From NCBI GenBank assembly GCA_017463565.1, contig JAFTOZ010000004.1:1-56839 (forward strand): a stretch of DNA of 56,839 nt. Direction: 5' to 3'. The DNA comes from Clostridia bacterium (GTDB lineage: Bacteria; Bacillota; Clostridia; Christensenellales; CAG-1252). Within the stretch, counting starts at the first letter, position 1. Each line of letters opens with the position of its first letter. This document shows, one piece after another, positions 36,547 through 45,640 of the stretch. Made by a program: the position numbers and the translations under genes. The notes under the pieces are model-generated. The model saw only the letters and a list, made by a program, of their open reading frames with translations, had not been told where the DNA came from and made no database searches.

Positions 36547-37737
36547 CTATTCGGTAGCAAAACTGTCGAAGTAGCCCTGCACCAATACCACAGGCGTGCC
36601 CTTGTCGCCCGAGCCGCTCACCAGGTCGCACAATGAGCCCAACAAGTCGGTGATTTGGCGGGGGGTAGTGCCTTGCGATGCCATATTACCCTTCAGGTCC
36701 GCTGCCTTTGCGCGGATACTGTCCTTGATGGCCTGTTGCAAAGCCTCGCCCTCGAGGTTGGCAAAAGCGTTGTCCGTCAGATACTTCAGTTTGATTTCGT
36801 TTGGCGTGCCCACCAGGCCGGGCGTATGGAAAGGGGAGACCACAGGGTCTGCCAACTCCCAAATTTGCCCTTGGGGGTCCTTGAATGCGCCGTCACCGTA
36901 GACCATCACTTCGATATGCCGTCCCGTCTTTTCCAACAGTTTCTGTTGAATTTCCTCCACCAACGCCTGTCCGTCGCGAGGGAATAGTTTGACCGTCTCC
37001 TCGGTGGCTTTGTTAGAGCCCAACAGACCGTAGTCGGGATTGTAGCCCGAGCCCTCAATCGACTCGCTCATAATATCGTCCAGCCCCAGTACGGTGCTTG
37101 CGCCCTTTTCCAAAAGGATACGCTTGCTTTGGGCGCGCGTGTGGATATCTGCCGTCAGCACCACGTCGGTATAGCGCAAAATATCCTCTGCGTGGTTGCC
37201 AAAGATGATTTCCACCTCGCAGTTCTCCGCCTCTACCAACTCTTGGTAATAGGCTACGTAGTCCACGCCCGTAAAGGGGTGGGTGCTATGGCCGAACAAG
37301 TTGCGGTACTCGTCAAGGGTCAACACGTCGCTATACGGCACGATTCCTGCTTGCAATATTTGCTCGTCGCCAAGCAGCGCATTTCCCACCTCATCACGGG
37401 GATAGGACAGCATCAACACCAACTTCTTTGCGCCACGTGCAATGCCTTTGAGCAAAATAGAAAAGCGATTTCTCGACAGAATGGGGAATATCACGCCCAC
37501 CGTTTCGCCGCCCGTTTTCCTCGCCACGTCCCGGGCGATATGGTCCACCGAGCAAACGTTGCCCTGGGTGCGTGCCACGATAGACTCGGTGATACCCACC
37601 ACGTCACGGTCACGGAAGGAAAAACCCTCCGCCTCTGCCGCCGCCAAAAGGTTATCTACCACGTATTCCGCCAGGGGATCCCCTTTTTTTAGTACGGGCA
37701 AACGAATGCCACGAGCAACAACGCCAGTCTTTCTCAT
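36547..37737 (-). CDS. CofE/FbiB-like gamma-glutamyl ligase family protein
   Basis: Part of ORF 36547..37785. Start placed at Met 37737. The N-terminal pattern GIRLPVLKKGD...DRDVVGITESIVARTQG resembles F420-0:glutamate ligases. From memory only. Confidence 0.55.
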   Translation of the reverse strand: MRKTGVVARGIRLPVLKKGDPLAEYVVDNLLAAAEAEGFSFRDRDVVGITESIVARTQGNVCSVDHIARDVARKTGGETVGVIFPILSRNRFSILLKGIARGAKKLVLMLSYPRDEVGNALLGDEQILQAGIVPYSDVLTLDEYRNLFGHSTHPFTGVDYVAYYQELVEAENCEVEIIFGNHAEDILRYTDVVLTADIHTRAQSKRILLEKGASTVLGLDDIMSESIEGSGYNPDYGLLGSNKATEETVKLFPRDGQALVEEIQQKLLEKTGRHIEVMVYGDGAFKDPQGQIWELADPVVSPFHTPGLVGTPNEIKLKYLTDNAFANLEGEALQQAIKDSIRAKAADLKGNMASQGTTPRQITDLLGSLCDLVSGSGDKGTPVVLVQGYFDSFATE

Positions 37738-37738
37738 C

Positions 37739-39157
37739 TTAGTTCTCCTTTTTGGCCAAAATGTTGCGCGCAATATACACGCCACAAGCGCCTGCCTGCG
37801 CCAAACCGCGCGTCAAGCCTGCGCCGTCACCGCCCACGTACAGGTTGCTGATACCCTCTACCTCCAAGCACTTGTCCGTTTGGGGATGAGCGGAATAATA
37901 CTTTGCTTCCACGCCGTACAGCAGGGTATGCTCGGTAGCAATACCGGGGGTGATATGGTCGAGCGCCTTGATCATCTCGATGATAGCCTGCATGGTCTTT
38001 TGGGGCAGACATAGCGCCAAATCGCCGGGTACCGCCTCTTTGAGGGTGGGGTGCACAAAGCCCTCGCTCAACCGCTTATAGGTGGTACGGCGACCCTTGA
38101 GAATATCGCCAAAGCGTTGCACGATGACCGAGCCACAGGCCAACTGATTTGCCAAAGAGGAAACCTTCAGCGCATACTCGTTGGGCTTTTTGAAAGGCTC
38201 TTCAAAGCGGTGCGTTACCAACAAGGCAAAGTTGGTATTTTCACTACCCAACTTGGGATCGTTGTAGGAGTGACCGTTCACGTTGACCACGCCCTCGTAG
38301 TTTTCCATAACCACGTGACCGCTTGGGTTGGAGCAGAAGGTACGCACCATGCTACCCAGCGAGGTGATATAGAGGAACTTGCCCTCGTACAGATGGCGGT
38401 TGATCTCGTCCATCACGATATTGCTGCACTCTACGCGCACGCCGATATCCACGCGGTTCTGCGACATATCCACGCCGTTTTTCTCCAACACCGTCGACAG
38501 CCACGAGCTACCCTCACGTCCCACGGCCAACACCACGTATTCTGCCTCAACGACCTCGTCCTCAGAAAGCACCACACCCTTGATAGCGCCGTCCTTGATG
38601 ACGATATCGGTCACGGCGGTGGCAAAGCGGAAATGCACGTGCTTCTCCAGATCCTCGTAGATACGGGTCAGGATTTTGAGGTTTTCTTCGGTACCCAAAT
38701 GGCGCACCTTGCTGTGGAGCAGTTTCAAGCCTGCCGACATAGCGCGCTTTTCAATATCGTACACGGTGGGGGTCGTGGGGTCGGTGATCACGGTGGTTGC
38801 GCCGTAGCTCAGGTTAATATCGTCCACGTAGTAGATCAGATCCAACAGTTGCGACTCGTCCATATAGTCGGTCAGCCAACCGCCAAACTCGGTGGTGATA
38901 TTAAACTTACCGTCCGAATAGGCACCTGCGCCACCAAAGCCGTTGGTGATAGAGCAGGCAGGATGGCACTCGTTGAAGCCCTGCTTGTTGATGGGGCACT
39001 TCGAGATTTTGTGTTCCAACACGGGACACCTTCTCTTTTGAATGGGCAGTCCCTTGTCCACCAACAACACCTGCAGATCGGGATTGATCTTAGTCAGTTC
39101 ATACGCGCAGAAATATCCTGCCGGGCCGGCGCCCACAATGACAACGTCATATTTCAT
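37739..39157 (-). CDS. FAD-dependent protein (COG2509-type NAD(FAD)-utilizing dehydrogenase)
   Basis: Part of ORF 37739..39208. Start placed at Met 39157, behind AAGGAGAAG. Dinucleotide-binding motif VVIVGAGPAGYF and C-terminal GDGAG. Confidence 0.7.
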   Translation of the reverse strand: MKYDVVIVGAGPAGYFCAYELTKINPDLQVLLVDKGLPIQKRRCPVLEHKISKCPINKQGFNECHPACSITNGFGGAGAYSDGKFNITTEFGGWLTDYMDESQLLDLIYYVDDINLSYGATTVITDPTTPTVYDIEKRAMSAGLKLLHSKVRHLGTEENLKILTRIYEDLEKHVHFRFATAVTDIVIKDGAIKGVVLSEDEVVEAEYVVLAVGREGSSWLSTVLEKNGVDMSQNRVDIGVRVECSNIVMDEINRHLYEGKFLYITSLGSMVRTFCSNPSGHVVMENYEGVVNVNGHSYNDPKLGSENTNFALLVTHRFEEPFKKPNEYALKVSSLANQLACGSVIVQRFGDILKGRRTTYKRLSEGFVHPTLKEAVPGDLALCLPQKTMQAIIEMIKALDHITPGIATEHTLLYGVEAKYYSAHPQTDKCLEVEGISNLYVGGDGAGLTRGLAQAGACGVYIARNILAKKEN

Positions 39158-39211
39158 AATCTTCTCCTTATGATTGCATAGCAATCCTATCCACTTGCCC
39201 TTTGGCAAGAT

Positions 39212-40048
39212 CTATTTCAATTGATAGCCTGCCTCCACGAGTGCCGCCGATAGCGCCACGTAGTCTTTGGCAGACAGTATTTCACCGCGCACCGTCAGGG
39301 GGTAGCCCGTCTTGGCAATGGCGGACTCTGCCACCGCGCGGCTCACGCCCAAGCCCTGCATCAAATTGTTCGTCAGCGTCTTTCGCCGCATGGCAAACGC
39401 AGTACGCACCACGCGCGAAGTCAGCGCAGGATTTGGATCCGCAAATTTGTTCTCTTGGCGGTCAAAGCGCACCACGGCGCTATCCACGTTGGGGGCAGGG
39501 TAGAACATTTGCCGTCCCACCACACGGGTCATGGTGGTATTGCCGAGCAAGTTCATTTTGACGGTAATCGCACCGTAATCCTTGCCACCCGGCTCGGCGC
39601 ACAGTCTGTCTGCCACCTCTTTTTGCACCATCACCGTGATATGGTCGCCAATGCCCTCCTCAAGCAGGCGCAATAGAATGGGGGTGGTCACGTAGTAGGG
39701 CAGGTTCGCCACCACACGCGCCCCGGCAAACCGCTCTCGCAACTCCTCGGTCGTGGCCTTCATAAAGTCTTGGAAAATCACCTCGACGTTATCCAGACCG
39801 CTCAGCGTTTCTTTGAGAATGGGCACCAGATTTTTGTCGATTTCGTATGCCACTACCTTCCTTGCTTTTTCCGCAAGCGCGGCGGTCAAGGTGCCTGCAC
39901 CTGCGCCAATTTCCAGTACGGTGTCCTCGGCGCTCACGCCTGCGTCTGCTACGATAGCCGCCAGCAGGTTGCCGTCGGAAATAAAGTTTTGACCAAACTG
40001 TTTATTGAAGCGAAAATCTCGACTTGCCAAATAATCTCGCAGACTCAT
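39212..40048 (-). CDS. rsmA: 16S rRNA (adenine1518/1519-N6)-dimethyltransferase
   Basis: FGQNFISD, the SAM motif VLEIGAGAGTLT, and NLPYYVTTP. Confidence 0.9.
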   Translation of the reverse strand: MSLRDYLASRDFRFNKQFGQNFISDGNLLAAIVADAGVSAEDTVLEIGAGAGTLTAALAEKARKVVAYEIDKNLVPILKETLSGLDNVEVIFQDFMKATTEELRERFAGARVVANLPYYVTTPILLRLLEEGIGDHITVMVQKEVADRLCAEPGGKDYGAITVKMNLLGNTTMTRVVGRQMFYPAPNVDSAVVRFDRQENKFADPNPALTSRVVRTAFAMRRKTLTNNLMQGLGVSRAVAESAIAKTGYPLTVRGEILSAKDYVALSAALVEAGYQLK

Positions 40049-40635
40049 GGTTCAATATAGGGGCGCACTCGGAGCGCCACGCCGTCGGTATCGGCAATTT
40101 GCCGAGCTTTTTGCAGTTTTTCCTCTCCCAAAATATCCACCACCGAATATACCACCGCAATGCCTTCTGCCAAGCAATCCTTGGCAAACGCACGCAGGGC
40201 GTCATGAGCACCCTCAAAAATCGGTCGGCAAAGGGTATCGTAGTCAGCGCTGCACACCTCGTTGAGGCTCACGTTAATCAAATCCACGTCCACCAACTCG
40301 GGCGCAATGCGCCGTCCACAAATCAGATTGCCGTGTCCGTTGGTATTCAGGCGGGTTTTGCCACCCAACTCCTTGATACGGCGTGCAATTTGGGGCAGGA
40401 TATCCATGCGGTAGGTAGGCTCGCCAAATCCACAAAACACCACCTCACGGTAGCGTGTGGGGTCGCCCAAAGCGTTCAACACTTGCTCCGCCGTCGGCTC
40501 GCCCTCTCGTAGCCACAAGGGATATCCCTCGTAGGTCTCCTTGCCGTTGCGCACGCAAAAGGTGCAAGCATTGGAGCAGCGGTTGGTCATATTGAGGTAG
40601 CAGTTGCCATCTATTTCGTAGGCTAATACGTTCAT
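40045..40635 (-). CDS. TatD-associated radical SAM protein
   Basis: CxxxCxxC cluster motif CSNACTFCVRNG. Four-nt overlaps with both tatD and rsmA. Confidence 0.75.
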   Translation of the reverse strand: MNVLAYEIDGNCYLNMTNRCSNACTFCVRNGKETYEGYPLWLREGEPTAEQVLNALGDPTRYREVVFCGFGEPTYRMDILPQIARRIKELGGKTRLNTNGHGNLICGRRIAPELVDVDLINVSLNEVCSADYDTLCRPIFEGAHDALRAFAKDCLAEGIAVVYSVVDILGEEKLQKARQIADTDGVALRVRPYIEP

Positions 40636-41405
40636 TGATCCTCCAACCGATAAAAACGGCGTGCGTTTTGCGTGGTCAAAAGAGCCACTTCTTCGGGGGT
40701 TTTTCCTATCAACTCTGCCATTTTAGCGCATACGTACGGCAGTAGAGAGGGGTCGTTTCTTTGTCCGCGCAAAGGTACGGGGGTCATATACGGACAGTCG
40801 GTTTCCAACAGTAACCTTTCTGGGGGGATCACCGCCAACACCTTGTCTTTATGCTTGGCAAAGGTGATTGCGCCGCCAAAGCTATAGTAAGCGTCCAATC
40901 CGTTATATACGTCGCGAGCAAGCTCCGCGCTGCCCGAATAGCAGTGGAGCAACACGCCGTTACGTAGCTTATCACGGTGCTCCGCCAAGATTTGATTTGC
41001 GTCCTCGTACGCCTCACGCAGGTGTAGCACCACGGGCTTACCCAACTCGTCCGCCAGCACAAGTTGTCTGGCAAACACGGCACGTTGCGCCTCTCGGGGA
41101 GAATTATCGTAGTGATAGTCCAGCCCGATCTCTCCCACCGCTACGCACTTGGGGTGTGCCGCCAGACGGCGGATCAAAGCCTCGGCTTTTGGGGTATAGT
41201 CTTTGGCACAATGCGGATGGATCCCCACCGTAAAATAACACCAGGGATACTTCTCGGCCAAGGCCAACGAGGTATGGCAACTGTCCTCGTCACAGGCCGC
41301 GTTGACTACGCCAACCACACCTGCTTTTTGCAGTTTCTCTACCACCCCGTCCAGCTCTCCGCCGAACTTTTCGTCGTCCAAATGTGCGTGTGCGTCAAAC
41401 AGCAT
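40632..41405 (-). CDS. tatD: TatD-family metal-dependent hydrolase
   Basis: MLFDAHAHLDD start, GEIGLDY, HCYSG and ETDCPY motifs. Confidence 0.9.
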   Translation of the reverse strand: MLFDAHAHLDDEKFGGELDGVVEKLQKAGVVGVVNAACDEDSCHTSLALAEKYPWCYFTVGIHPHCAKDYTPKAEALIRRLAAHPKCVAVGEIGLDYHYDNSPREAQRAVFARQLVLADELGKPVVLHLREAYEDANQILAEHRDKLRNGVLLHCYSGSAELARDVYNGLDAYYSFGGAITFAKHKDKVLAVIPPERLLLETDCPYMTPVPLRGQRNDPSLLPYVCAKMAELIGKTPEEVALLTTQNARRFYRLEDQ

Positions 41406-43348
41406 TAGCGCACCTCGTTGCCGCCCTCACAGGGACCGCTGGGTTGAATGAGAGCCAAGCCCTCTGCCGTCGTAGCGCACAAAATCATGCCCTCGCTCAC
41501 CACGCCGCACAGTTTCACAGGAGGCAGGTTAGCGACCACCACGACCGACTTGCCCACCATATCTTCGGGGGAGTAGAACTTAGCGATACCGCTGACGATT
41601 TGTCTGGGTTTTTCCTCGCCCACGTCCACTTGCGAACAAAGCAGTTTGTTGCTCTTGGGCACCTTTTCACACGCCAAAATCTTACCCACGCGCAAATCCA
41701 TCTGGGCAAACTGATCGATGGTGATGGGGGGTTTGCTTACCACGGTGGGTTTCTTAGGCTCTTCCTTGGCGGGCTCTGCGGGGTGGAGTGCCTCAAATCT
41801 TGCGTGCACGTCCTTTGCGTCCAAGCGCACAAAGAGTTTTTCTGCGCCCTTGCCAACTTCGCCGCCTGCATACAGACCCCACTCGCCGAGGGTATCAAAA
41901 CTACGAGCCTCCACGCCCAAATCTGCCAGCGCCTTAGCGGCGGTGGTGGGCAGGAAAGGAGCGAGCAAGCTGGTACCGATAATCAAGGCCTCGGTCAGGT
42001 TATACATCACGGTAGCCAAGCGGTCCTTTTTGCTTTCCTCACGGGCCAACACCCAGGGTGCGGTTTCGTCGATATACTTGTTAGCGCGGTTAAAGATAGC
42101 AAACACTTCGTCGATAGCGTCTGCCACTTGATAAGCGTCCAACTTTGCCACCACCTTTTGATAGGCGGCGGTGCATACTGTGCGCAGCGAATCGTCCACT
42201 TCCTCGTACACGCCCTTGTTTTCTACGTGACCGCCAAAATATTTGTGGCTCATAGCCAGGGTGCGGCTCAGCAAATTGCCGTAGGTATTGGCAAGCGCAT
42301 TGTTGCACACCTCGGTCAGCATATCCAGGTTCACCAAGCCGTCGTTATCAAAGGGCACCTGCGACAGCAGATAGTAGCGCACCGCGTCCGTGCCAAAAAT
42401 CTTCACCAGATCGTCGGGGTACAGTACGTTGCCCTTGGACTTGCTCATCTTGCCACCGTCCTGCAACAGCCACGGATGACCGAAAATGCACTTGGGCAGA
42501 GGCTCGCCCAGCGCCATCAAAAAGATGGGCCAATAGATGGTATGGAAGCGCACGATATCCTTGCCGATGATATGCACGTCCGCAGGCCACAGCTTGCCGT
42601 ATTGCTCGGTATGGTTGCCGTCTGCATCGTAACCAATACCCGTGATATAGTTGGAGAGAGCGTCCAACCACACGTAGACCACGTGACGGGGGTCAAAATC
42701 CACGGGGATTCCCCACTTGAAACTGGTTCTCGTCACACACAGATCCTGCAGACCCGGCTTGAGGAAGTTATTCACCATTTCGTTCTTGCGCGAAACGGGG
42801 GTACTAAACTCGGGGTGCTCCTCATAGTAGGCCAACAGGCGGTCGGCGTAGCGACTCATACGGAAGAAATACGCCTCCTCGGTAGCGCGCTTCACCTCAC
42901 GGCCACAGTCGGGGCACTTGCCCTCTACCAGTTGGCTCTCCGTCCAAAAAGACTCACAGGGGGTGCAGTACCAACCCTCGTAGGTGCCTTTGTAGATATC
43001 CCCTTGGTCATAAAACCGCTTGAAGATTTTCTGCACTTGCTTTTCGTGGTCCTTGTCTGTGGTGCGGATAAACTTATCTGCCTCTACGCCCAGCGCAGTC
43101 CAAATCCCCTTGATCGTATCGCTGATCTCGTCTACGTGCTGTTGGGGGGTGATCCCTCTTGCCTGTGCTTTCAGCTCAATCTTTTCGCCGTGCTCGTCGG
43201 TACCCGTTTGGAAAAACACGTCGTAGCCTTGGCTGCGTTTGAAGCGAGCCAAAGCGTCCGCCAACACGATTTCGTAGGCGTTGCCAATATGGGGTTTGCT
43301 CGAAGCGTATGCAATTGCAGTTGTGATATAGTAGGGTTTCTTCGTCAT
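41405..43348 (-). CDS. metG: methionine--tRNA ligase with C-terminal tRNA-binding domain
   Basis: Part of ORF 41405..43384. Start placed at Met 43348, behind GAGGAGG. HIGN (HIGH) and KMSKS motifs, a zinc knuckle CTPCE...CPDCG, and an EMAP-like C-terminus. Confidence 0.92.
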   Translation of the reverse strand: MTKKPYYITTAIAYASSKPHIGNAYEIVLADALARFKRSQGYDVFFQTGTDEHGEKIELKAQARGITPQQHVDEISDTIKGIWTALGVEADKFIRTTDKDHEKQVQKIFKRFYDQGDIYKGTYEGWYCTPCESFWTESQLVEGKCPDCGREVKRATEEAYFFRMSRYADRLLAYYEEHPEFSTPVSRKNEMVNNFLKPGLQDLCVTRTSFKWGIPVDFDPRHVVYVWLDALSNYITGIGYDADGNHTEQYGKLWPADVHIIGKDIVRFHTIYWPIFLMALGEPLPKCIFGHPWLLQDGGKMSKSKGNVLYPDDLVKIFGTDAVRYYLLSQVPFDNDGLVNLDMLTEVCNNALANTYGNLLSRTLAMSHKYFGGHVENKGVYEEVDDSLRTVCTAAYQKVVAKLDAYQVADAIDEVFAIFNRANKYIDETAPWVLAREESKKDRLATVMYNLTEALIIGTSLLAPFLPTTAAKALADLGVEARSFDTLGEWGLYAGGEVGKGAEKLFVRLDAKDVHARFEALHPAEPAKEEPKKPTVVSKPPITIDQFAQMDLRVGKILACEKVPKSNKLLCSQVDVGEEKPRQIVSGIAKFYSPEDMVGKSVVVVANLPPVKLCGVVSEGMILCATTAEGLALIQPSGPCEGGNEVR

Positions 43349-43561
43349 AATTTCCTCCTCGTTTTCCCCAAATGAGAGGGTCAACCAAACTATTGTAGCA
43401 CATTAAACTTTTGAGGTAAAGCAATTTTAACCAAACGCACACGCTCTTACACGTTGCGCACCTGGGATTTTCTCGGGAAAATACAAACGCCTTTTTTTTG
43501 CTCCGTCTTTTTCTTTTTCGGTTGGCGTACAAAGAGCCCCTTTCTCCCCGGGAAAAGCCAC

Positions 43562-43586
43562 AAAAAATCGCCCCGAATTGGGGCGA
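43562..43586. terminator. rho-independent terminator (hairpin flanked by A- and T-runs)
   Basis: TCGCCCC-GAATT-GGGGCGA. Lies downstream of the small minus-strand membrane gene. Confidence 0.7.
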
Positions 43587-43619
43587 CCTTTTTGAGCAAA
43601 AACTCGTGCAATCCCAGAC

Positions 43620-43841
43620 TTACAGGATACGCAGAATGTGACCCTTGGTGATCATCAGAATAAGGTCAATGATCCAGATGAGCAAGCCACCGAAGATACG
43701 AATGATACCGGCGAGGATCTTACCTTCTTTCAAACGGGTGATGATACCCAACAACCAAGCGGTAAAGGGGATGATAGCCAAAATCACGCTAATCAGGCGA
43801 CCTAAGCCAAAATAGTCTTTTTTTGCTGCTTTTGCTGCCAT
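43620..43841 (-). CDS. small two-TM membrane protein
   Basis: 73-aa ORF with two hydrophobic helices and a GGAGG RBS upstream. Confidence 0.55.
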   Translation of the reverse strand: MAAKAAKKDYFGLGRLISVILAIIPFTAWLLGIITRLKEGKILAGIIRIFGGLLIWIIDLILMITKGHILRIL

Positions 43842-44069
43842 AAGGCACCTCCTAAAAATAGTCTACGCTCATTATATCACATTTCCCTGCCTTGCGCGAT
43901 ACCTTTTGCAAAATTTCTTTTGAATTTTGTCAAAAAGAGCACCGAGAGAGGAAAAATAGCAAAAAAACAAGGGAAAAACGGTTGGAGAAAAGGCAAAAAG
44001 GGGCAAATATGTTTTACTTTTTTAGTTTTAGTGCGTATAATAGTGTTACTATACGCGGAGGTTTTGCAT

Positions 44070-45101
44070 ATGTTGATGCAACAAGAACTCTATTCCGAGC
44101 CAGAAGTCGTACTGCGTGCGCTAGATCGCAACGCCGATTTATGCCGCAAAATTGCCGACAAGGTCAAGGAACGCGGTATCAAGAACATCACGGTGATTGG
44201 CCGTGGCAGTAGCGATAACGCAGGTCTTTGCTTTAAGTACATCACCGAGATTTTGACGGGCATTCCGGTAGGCAACGCCCACCCCTCTGTGGTGACTATG
44301 TACGGCGGCAAGGTGAACTATAGCGACCATATGGTGGTTGCCGTTTCTTCCTCCGGTCGCAGTATCGATACTGTTGCCGTGGTAGACAACGCGCGCCGTT
44401 CGGGTGCGTTGACCGTTGCCATCACCAACGACGAAACCTCTCCTCTGGCAGCCACCGCCAAGTATCATTTGTGCCTGCACGCAGGCGTTGGTACTGCCGT
44501 TGCCGCCACCAAGACGGTTGCCGCCGAGCTTGCCGTTTTGTACCAACTTGCCCTGAGCATCTGTGGTCGCGAGGACTATATGAAAGAGTTGCGCCTTATG
44601 CCTGCCAAGTTGTACGAGATCATCGATATGGTGCCCTCTATTCGCCGTATGGCAAAGGCCTGTTGCGAGCACAAGGAATTCATCGTGCTTTCGCGCGGTA
44701 TTATGCAGGGCGTCGGCAAGGAGCTTGCGCTCAAACTCAACCAATGTTGCTATAGTTTCTCACAGTTCTATAGTATCACCGACTTTATGCACGGTCCCTT
44801 TGCTCTGTTGGAGGAGGGGGTCAACGTAGTGCTTTTGGCACCCGAGGGCGAGTGTGGCGAGAACTATTTTGATATCGCTACCCGTGCCAATCTGTTGGGC
44901 GCCAACCTCTACATTTTCTCAGATAGCGACCGCGTGCTGAACTTTGCTACCGAAGGTATGAAAATGCCCTCCACCTCTATCATCAGCTCTGCGTTCGTCT
45001 ACAATATCGCTGTGCACCTATTCGCTATGTTCGTTGCGGTAGAAAAGGGTCTCGACCCCGACTTCCCCCGCAACCTCAAGCGCGTTACCATCACAAAATA
45101 A
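44070..45101 (+). CDS. double-SIS-domain sugar-phosphate isomerase/deglycase (GlmS-isomerase / AgaS / FrlB-like)
   Basis: Part of ORF 43920..45101. Start placed at Met 44070, 8 nt after GGAGG. Contains VIGRGSSDNAG and VAVSSSGRS. Confidence 0.75.
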   Translation: MLMQQELYSEPEVVLRALDRNADLCRKIADKVKERGIKNITVIGRGSSDNAGLCFKYITEILTGIPVGNAHPSVVTMYGGKVNYSDHMVVAVSSSGRSIDTVAVVDNARRSGALTVAITNDETSPLAATAKYHLCLHAGVGTAVAATKTVAAELAVLYQLALSICGREDYMKELRLMPAKLYEIIDMVPSIRRMAKACCEHKEFIVLSRGIMQGVGKELALKLNQCCYSFSQFYSITDFMHGPFALLEEGVNVVLLAPEGECGENYFDIATRANLLGANLYIFSDSDRVLNFATEGMKMPSTSIISSAFVYNIAVHLFAMFVAVEKGLDPDFPRNLKRVTITK

Positions 45102-45144
45102 CCCCACTGGGGCTGCGGATATCCGCAAATATCAAGGAGGAAAT

Positions 45145-45618
45145 ATGTCCGAAATTATTCTGTTAACCCAAGAAGGCTACAACGAAAAAGATGCTGAATT
45201 GGACAATCTGATCAAGGTTGAGCGTCCTGCTGCAATCGAGGCCGTTCGCGTCGCCCGTGAGTTTGGCGATTTGAGCGAGAATGCCGAGTACGACGCCGCC
45301 AAGGACCGTCAAGGTCGCGTTGAGTCGCGTATCCAAGAGTTGGAGTATCTGTTGGCACACGCCAAGATCATCTCCGACGGCGAGGGCGCAACCGACGTCA
45401 TTGGCGTGGGCAGCACCGTCACCCTGTTGGATTTGGATTTTGACGAAGAAAGCGAGTTTCTCATCGTTTCTACCGTAGAGGCCGATTTCTTTGCAGGCAA
45501 AATCAGCAATCAATCTCTGTTGGGCAAGGCTCTGTTGGGCAAAAAGGCTGGCGACGTGGTCGAAGTGACCGCCCCCGCAGGCAAGATGAGTTTCCGTATC
45601 ATCAAGACAGGAAGATAA
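45145..45618 (+). CDS. greA: transcription elongation factor GreA
   Basis: Motif GDLSENAEYDAAKD and the length both fit. AAGGAGG RBS. Confidence 0.92.
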   Translation: MSEIILLTQEGYNEKDAELDNLIKVERPAAIEAVRVAREFGDLSENAEYDAAKDRQGRVESRIQELEYLLAHAKIISDGEGATDVIGVGSTVTLLDLDFDEESEFLIVSTVEADFFAGKISNQSLLGKALLGKKAGDVVEVTAPAGKMSFRIIKTGR

Positions 45619-45640
45619 AGACCGCACGAAGGACAAGTAT

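Noticed and set aside
36221-36631. 136-aa minus-strand ORF with a repeated GGxTY(K/E)(V/A)P(T/L)VD peptide.
   Set aside because: The peptide repeat only reflects the ~42-bp DNA repeats, which do not keep a constant frame. The ORF also overlaps the 3' end of the CofE-like gene and has no RBS.
43349-43619. T-box leader upstream of metG.
   Set aside because: I looked for a T-box sequence (AATTAGGGTGGTACCGCG-like) and a specifier/antiterminator arrangement on the minus strand. I found only a weak promoter (TTTACC-17-TACAAT) and the upstream gene's terminator.
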